From NCBI GenBank assembly GCA_041595375.1, contig JBFHKL010000001.1, positions 1 to 63,339 of the forward strand: a stretch of 63,339 nucleotides of DNA, written 5' to 3'. Positions within the stretch are counted from its first letter, which is position 1. Each line of letters begins with the position of its first letter. Position numbers and translations under genes: made by a program. A model generated the notes under the pieces. The model saw only the letters and a program-made list of their open reading frames with translations, was not told the DNA's origin and ran no database searches. Shown piece by piece: positions 60,348 to 63,339 of the stretch. The stretch is from Saccharicrinis sp. Lineage in GTDB: Bacteria > Bacteroidota > Bacteroidia > Bacteroidales > Marinilabiliaceae.

Positions 60348-61502
60348 TTACATTGCCGCTTTATAAATTGCTATGGTATCATCAATGTTAACATCTTTAG
60401 GATTGCCACCCGTACAAACGTCTTCAAGCGCATTTTGAGCCATGATTTCGAAATCTTCTTCTTTAACTCCTAATTCTTTTAAGCCTGAAGGTATTCCAAC
60501 TGACCTAGATAATTTTTTTATAGCTTCAATTGCTGCATTAGCACCTTCTTCATCACTCATTTCTAAAACACTAACTCCCATTGCTCGTGCTACTTTTTTA
60601 AGTTTATGAGCACATGCTGGAATATTGAACTTTTCAACATGAGGTAATAAAACCGCGTTAGCCACTCCGTGTGGTAAATCGTACAGACCTCCTAACTGAT
60701 GAGCCATTGAATGAACAAATCCTAAACCAGCATTTGAAAATGCTTGACCAGCAATAAATTGTCCCCAAGCCATTTTACTTCTGGCTTCTATATTAGAACC
60801 ATCTTTTACAGCTTGTTCCAAACTGCTTGAAATTAGTTTTATTGCTTCTAATGCTAATGCATCAGACCACCCAAACGCCCCCTTAGTTACATATGTTTCA
60901 ATAGCATGGGTTAAGGCATCCATCCCTGTAGCAGCTGTTAAATCGGCAGGTTTTCCTAACATTAACTCGGGATCGTTAACAGCTATAGATACTAAACAAT
61001 TTTTATCAACCATCACCATTTTAATATGACGCTTAACATCTGTAATAACATAATTTATAGTTACTTCACTTGCTGTGCCAGCTGTAGTGTTAATTGCAAT
61101 AATTGGTAATGATTTATTTTTAGATTTATGGATTCCTTCAAAATCCTCAATATTACCTCCATTAGCTGCTAAAATGCCAATAGCCTTACCACAATCTTGA
61201 GGAGAACCGCCTCCAAGGGTTAAAATTAAATCGCACGAATTGTCTTTTAATAATTTCAATCCTTCATTTACATTTTCAACTGTTGGATTCGGTTGAACAT
61301 TATCAAATACTACAACTTCTATCCCTGAAGCTTTTAAAACTTCCAGTACTTGGTTAGCAACACCAATTTTTACTAATATTTTATCAGTAACAAAAAGTGC
61401 TTTTTTATATGGGAGTTCTTTTAATTCATCACCTAAATCTTTTAATGCACCCGGACCAATTAAACTTAATGGGGGTAAATAAATTCTTCTACTTTGTAAC
61501 AT
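60348..61502 (-). CDS. fucO: Iron-containing alcohol dehydrogenase, probable lactaldehyde reductase
   Basis: GGGSPQD, TTAGTASE, GMDALTHAIE, HSMAHQLG...PHG; fucO assignment from fucose-gene context. Confidence 0.8.
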   Translation of the reverse strand: MLQSRRIYLPPLSLIGPGALKDLGDELKELPYKKALFVTDKILVKIGVANQVLEVLKASGIEVVVFDNVQPNPTVENVNEGLKLLKDNSCDLILTLGGGSPQDCGKAIGILAANGGNIEDFEGIHKSKNKSLPIIAINTTAGTASEVTINYVITDVKRHIKMVMVDKNCLVSIAVNDPELMLGKPADLTAATGMDALTHAIETYVTKGAFGWSDALALEAIKLISSSLEQAVKDGSNIEARSKMAWGQFIAGQAFSNAGLGFVHSMAHQLGGLYDLPHGVANAVLLPHVEKFNIPACAHKLKKVARAMGVSVLEMSDEEGANAAIEAIKKLSRSVGIPSGLKELGVKEEDFEIMAQNALEDVCTGGNPKDVNIDDTIAIYKAAM

Positions 61503-61513
61503 TATTTTATTAT

Positions 61514-62833
61514 TTATTTGTTAATATATTCTTTCATTAATAATGCCGCACCCAAGGCACTGGCATTTTCTCCTTTTGGAAATAGAATTTTTTGTTTTGG
61601 CATCATCTGGGTTAAATATTCCACGAAAATATCGTTCTTATTAAAGCCTCCTGAAAGGTAAACGTTTTTTAGATTATGATTTGAGTCCAGAATGCGTTCT
61701 ATGCCTAGATGGACACGACTGCTTATTTCAAAAATTAATTGGTAATAAGCGTGTTCATAACTCGCAAAATTTTTGAGTTGTTCCAGATTTCCAATAAAAT
61801 CTGAGGGAATTTCGTTTCGGAAAAACACAGCTTCAGATTTGTTGAGAATATCTGTGCAAATCGCTTGGTTTAAATTGAGCTCTAAATAATGGTGTTTGTC
61901 AACATTATAATATTTGCTTAATTCTATAGCATTCACTTCATGCACGCGACCCAAAAATTGCATAGATGATTTTATTTGTTTTTTGTCCGGTGTCATAAAA
62001 CAAAGACAATCATTTTCTAATTGATTAGCTGTTAAGGTTTCTTTGCTAAACGGATTCATACAGATAATCCAAGTCCCGGTGGAAAGTAAAACAAATTCGC
62101 TATCTGAGTTCTCATGGTTTTCCAATAAAGGAATTATAGATGATGAACTATCATGCAAGCCTTTACCTATAAATATTTTTTGACCATTTACTATAGATAA
62201 AGTGGCATTTTTTCCTGGTTTTGGTTCTGGTAAATGGATGCCTTCATCAATTAACCAATTGTGATATTGCATATTATCAAAGTCCCAAATGGCCGTATGA
62301 GCACCAACCGACGTGAAATCAGCAGTTAGTTTATTAGAAAATAAATAACTTAGATATTGTGGGTAGTGCAAAATCGCAACAGTCTTATTCCAAAAATGAG
62401 GTTTGGTATGCTTTAGCCAATACATCTGTAAGCCTGCATTTAGCATACCATAGGCAGGGGATGCTGTTTTTCTAGAGAATTCTTTAACGCCGCCTTGAGA
62501 TTCATAAAACGGGTTAAAATCAAATTCTAGGGGCTTTAAATAGTTGTATAGAGGTGTAATTCTATTTCTGTCTCTACCTAGATAAACTAAGCTGGCACCA
62601 TGCGTAGAGAAGTTTATTGCATTAATTGTATACTTGTTTTTTTTCTGTATGGTTTTAATTTCAGTTTGTATCCAAGTTTCAATAGATTCTATATCATCAC
62701 AAGGGTAATTGTCATCATCTCTAACTTCTTCAAATCGAATGGAGTTTGTATAAACAACTGTAAAATTTTTATCGAATAAGAGTATTTTTTTATTGGTTTT
62801 TCCAATATCAAAAACGGCTATAACCTTTTTCAT
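61514..62833 (-). CDS. FGGY-family sugar kinase, probable L-fuculokinase
   Basis: FDIGKTNKK, GLHDSS, LSTGTW, LSGGF, ASALGAA; directly downstream of fucI. Confidence 0.8.
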   Translation of the reverse strand: MKKVIAVFDIGKTNKKILLFDKNFTVVYTNSIRFEEVRDDDNYPCDDIESIETWIQTEIKTIQKKNKYTINAINFSTHGASLVYLGRDRNRITPLYNYLKPLEFDFNPFYESQGGVKEFSRKTASPAYGMLNAGLQMYWLKHTKPHFWNKTVAILHYPQYLSYLFSNKLTADFTSVGAHTAIWDFDNMQYHNWLIDEGIHLPEPKPGKNATLSIVNGQKIFIGKGLHDSSSSIIPLLENHENSDSEFVLLSTGTWIICMNPFSKETLTANQLENDCLCFMTPDKKQIKSSMQFLGRVHEVNAIELSKYYNVDKHHYLELNLNQAICTDILNKSEAVFFRNEIPSDFIGNLEQLKNFASYEHAYYQLIFEISSRVHLGIERILDSNHNLKNVYLSGGFNKNDIFVEYLTQMMPKQKILFPKGENASALGAALLMKEYINK

Positions 62834-62970
62834 GTATTTAAATTTGTTTGAGATTAAGCCCTCTTTAAATTTTTACAATTAAAGAGATGGCTCGCTCACG
62901 CTAAACATCAAAAATTCAGAATAAAAACTAACTTTAAATAATTTTGATAATTTGATCTTAATTGGTCTAT

Positions 62971-63339
62971 TTATTCTTTGAACCCATATAATGGTCCGTA
63001 ATTCTTACAAGCTCTATAATCTGCTCCTTCTAGGTTTTCACCAAAAGCCGACCATGCGCTGGGTCTGAACACATCACTCTCATCAACATTATGCATGTTA
63101 ACAGGAATACGCAACATGGCAGCAAGAGAAATTAAATCGGCTCCAATATGTCCGTGCGAAATCGCCCCATGGTTTGCTCCCCATTTAGCCATTACGGTAT
63201 AAACGTCTTTAAAAAATCCTTTACCAGTAGTTCTTGGTACAAACCATGTTGTTGGCCAAGTTGGATTGGTACGTTCATCTAAAACGTAGTGAACATCTTC
63301 TGGTAATTCAACACTCCATCCTTCAACAATTTGAAGTAC
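62971..63339 (-). CDS. fucI: L-fucose isomerase, C-terminal part (5' end outside window)
   Basis: Open frame from the window end: [17 protein letters not shown]...[14 protein letters not shown]...[28 protein letters not shown]...DYRAC. Confidence 0.95.
   Translation of the reverse strand, partial: VLQIVEGWSVELPEDVHYVLDERTNPTWPTTWFVPRTTGKGFFKDVYTVMAKWGANHGAISHGHIGADLISLAAMLRIPVNMHNVDESDVFRPSAWSAFGENLEGADYRACKNYGPLYGFKE

Noticed and set aside
1-63339. CRISPR arrays, rRNA, intact tRNA and defence systems
   Set aside because: No regularly spaced repeats, full cloverleaf or defence-gene motifs seen; only the tRNA 3'-like fragment at 367-388

Overview
AT-rich Bacteroidota (Flavobacteriaceae-like) DNA. 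About 1.9-58.6 kb is one large, all-plus-strand polysaccharide utilization locus (PUL), most likely for fucoidan/sulfated fucans. It encodes a hybrid two-component regulator, two SusC/SusD pairs, six S1 sulfatases, five GH29 and one GH95 fucosidases, two T9SS-secreted GH107 endo-fucoidanases, a GH168 fucanase, three GH141-like beta-helix proteins, two candidate esterases and several uncharacterised secreted proteins. The left edge has the end of a tyrosine integrase, a degenerate tRNA-Pro-like 3' end (att site) and two glycoside hydrolase pseudogenes. The right edge has an IS21 remnant and a convergent L-fucose catabolic cluster (fucI partial, FGGY kinase, fucO, fbp). The most notable points are a divergent GH29/GH107-like enzyme I cannot place in either family, an unnamed ~190-aa domain shared by a stand-alone T9SS protein and a GH107, a conserved operator/promoter repeated upstream of four transcription units, and a poly-A frameshift in the signal peptide of one of two duplicated GH29 genes. 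All family calls come from motif recognition by eye; no searches were run.
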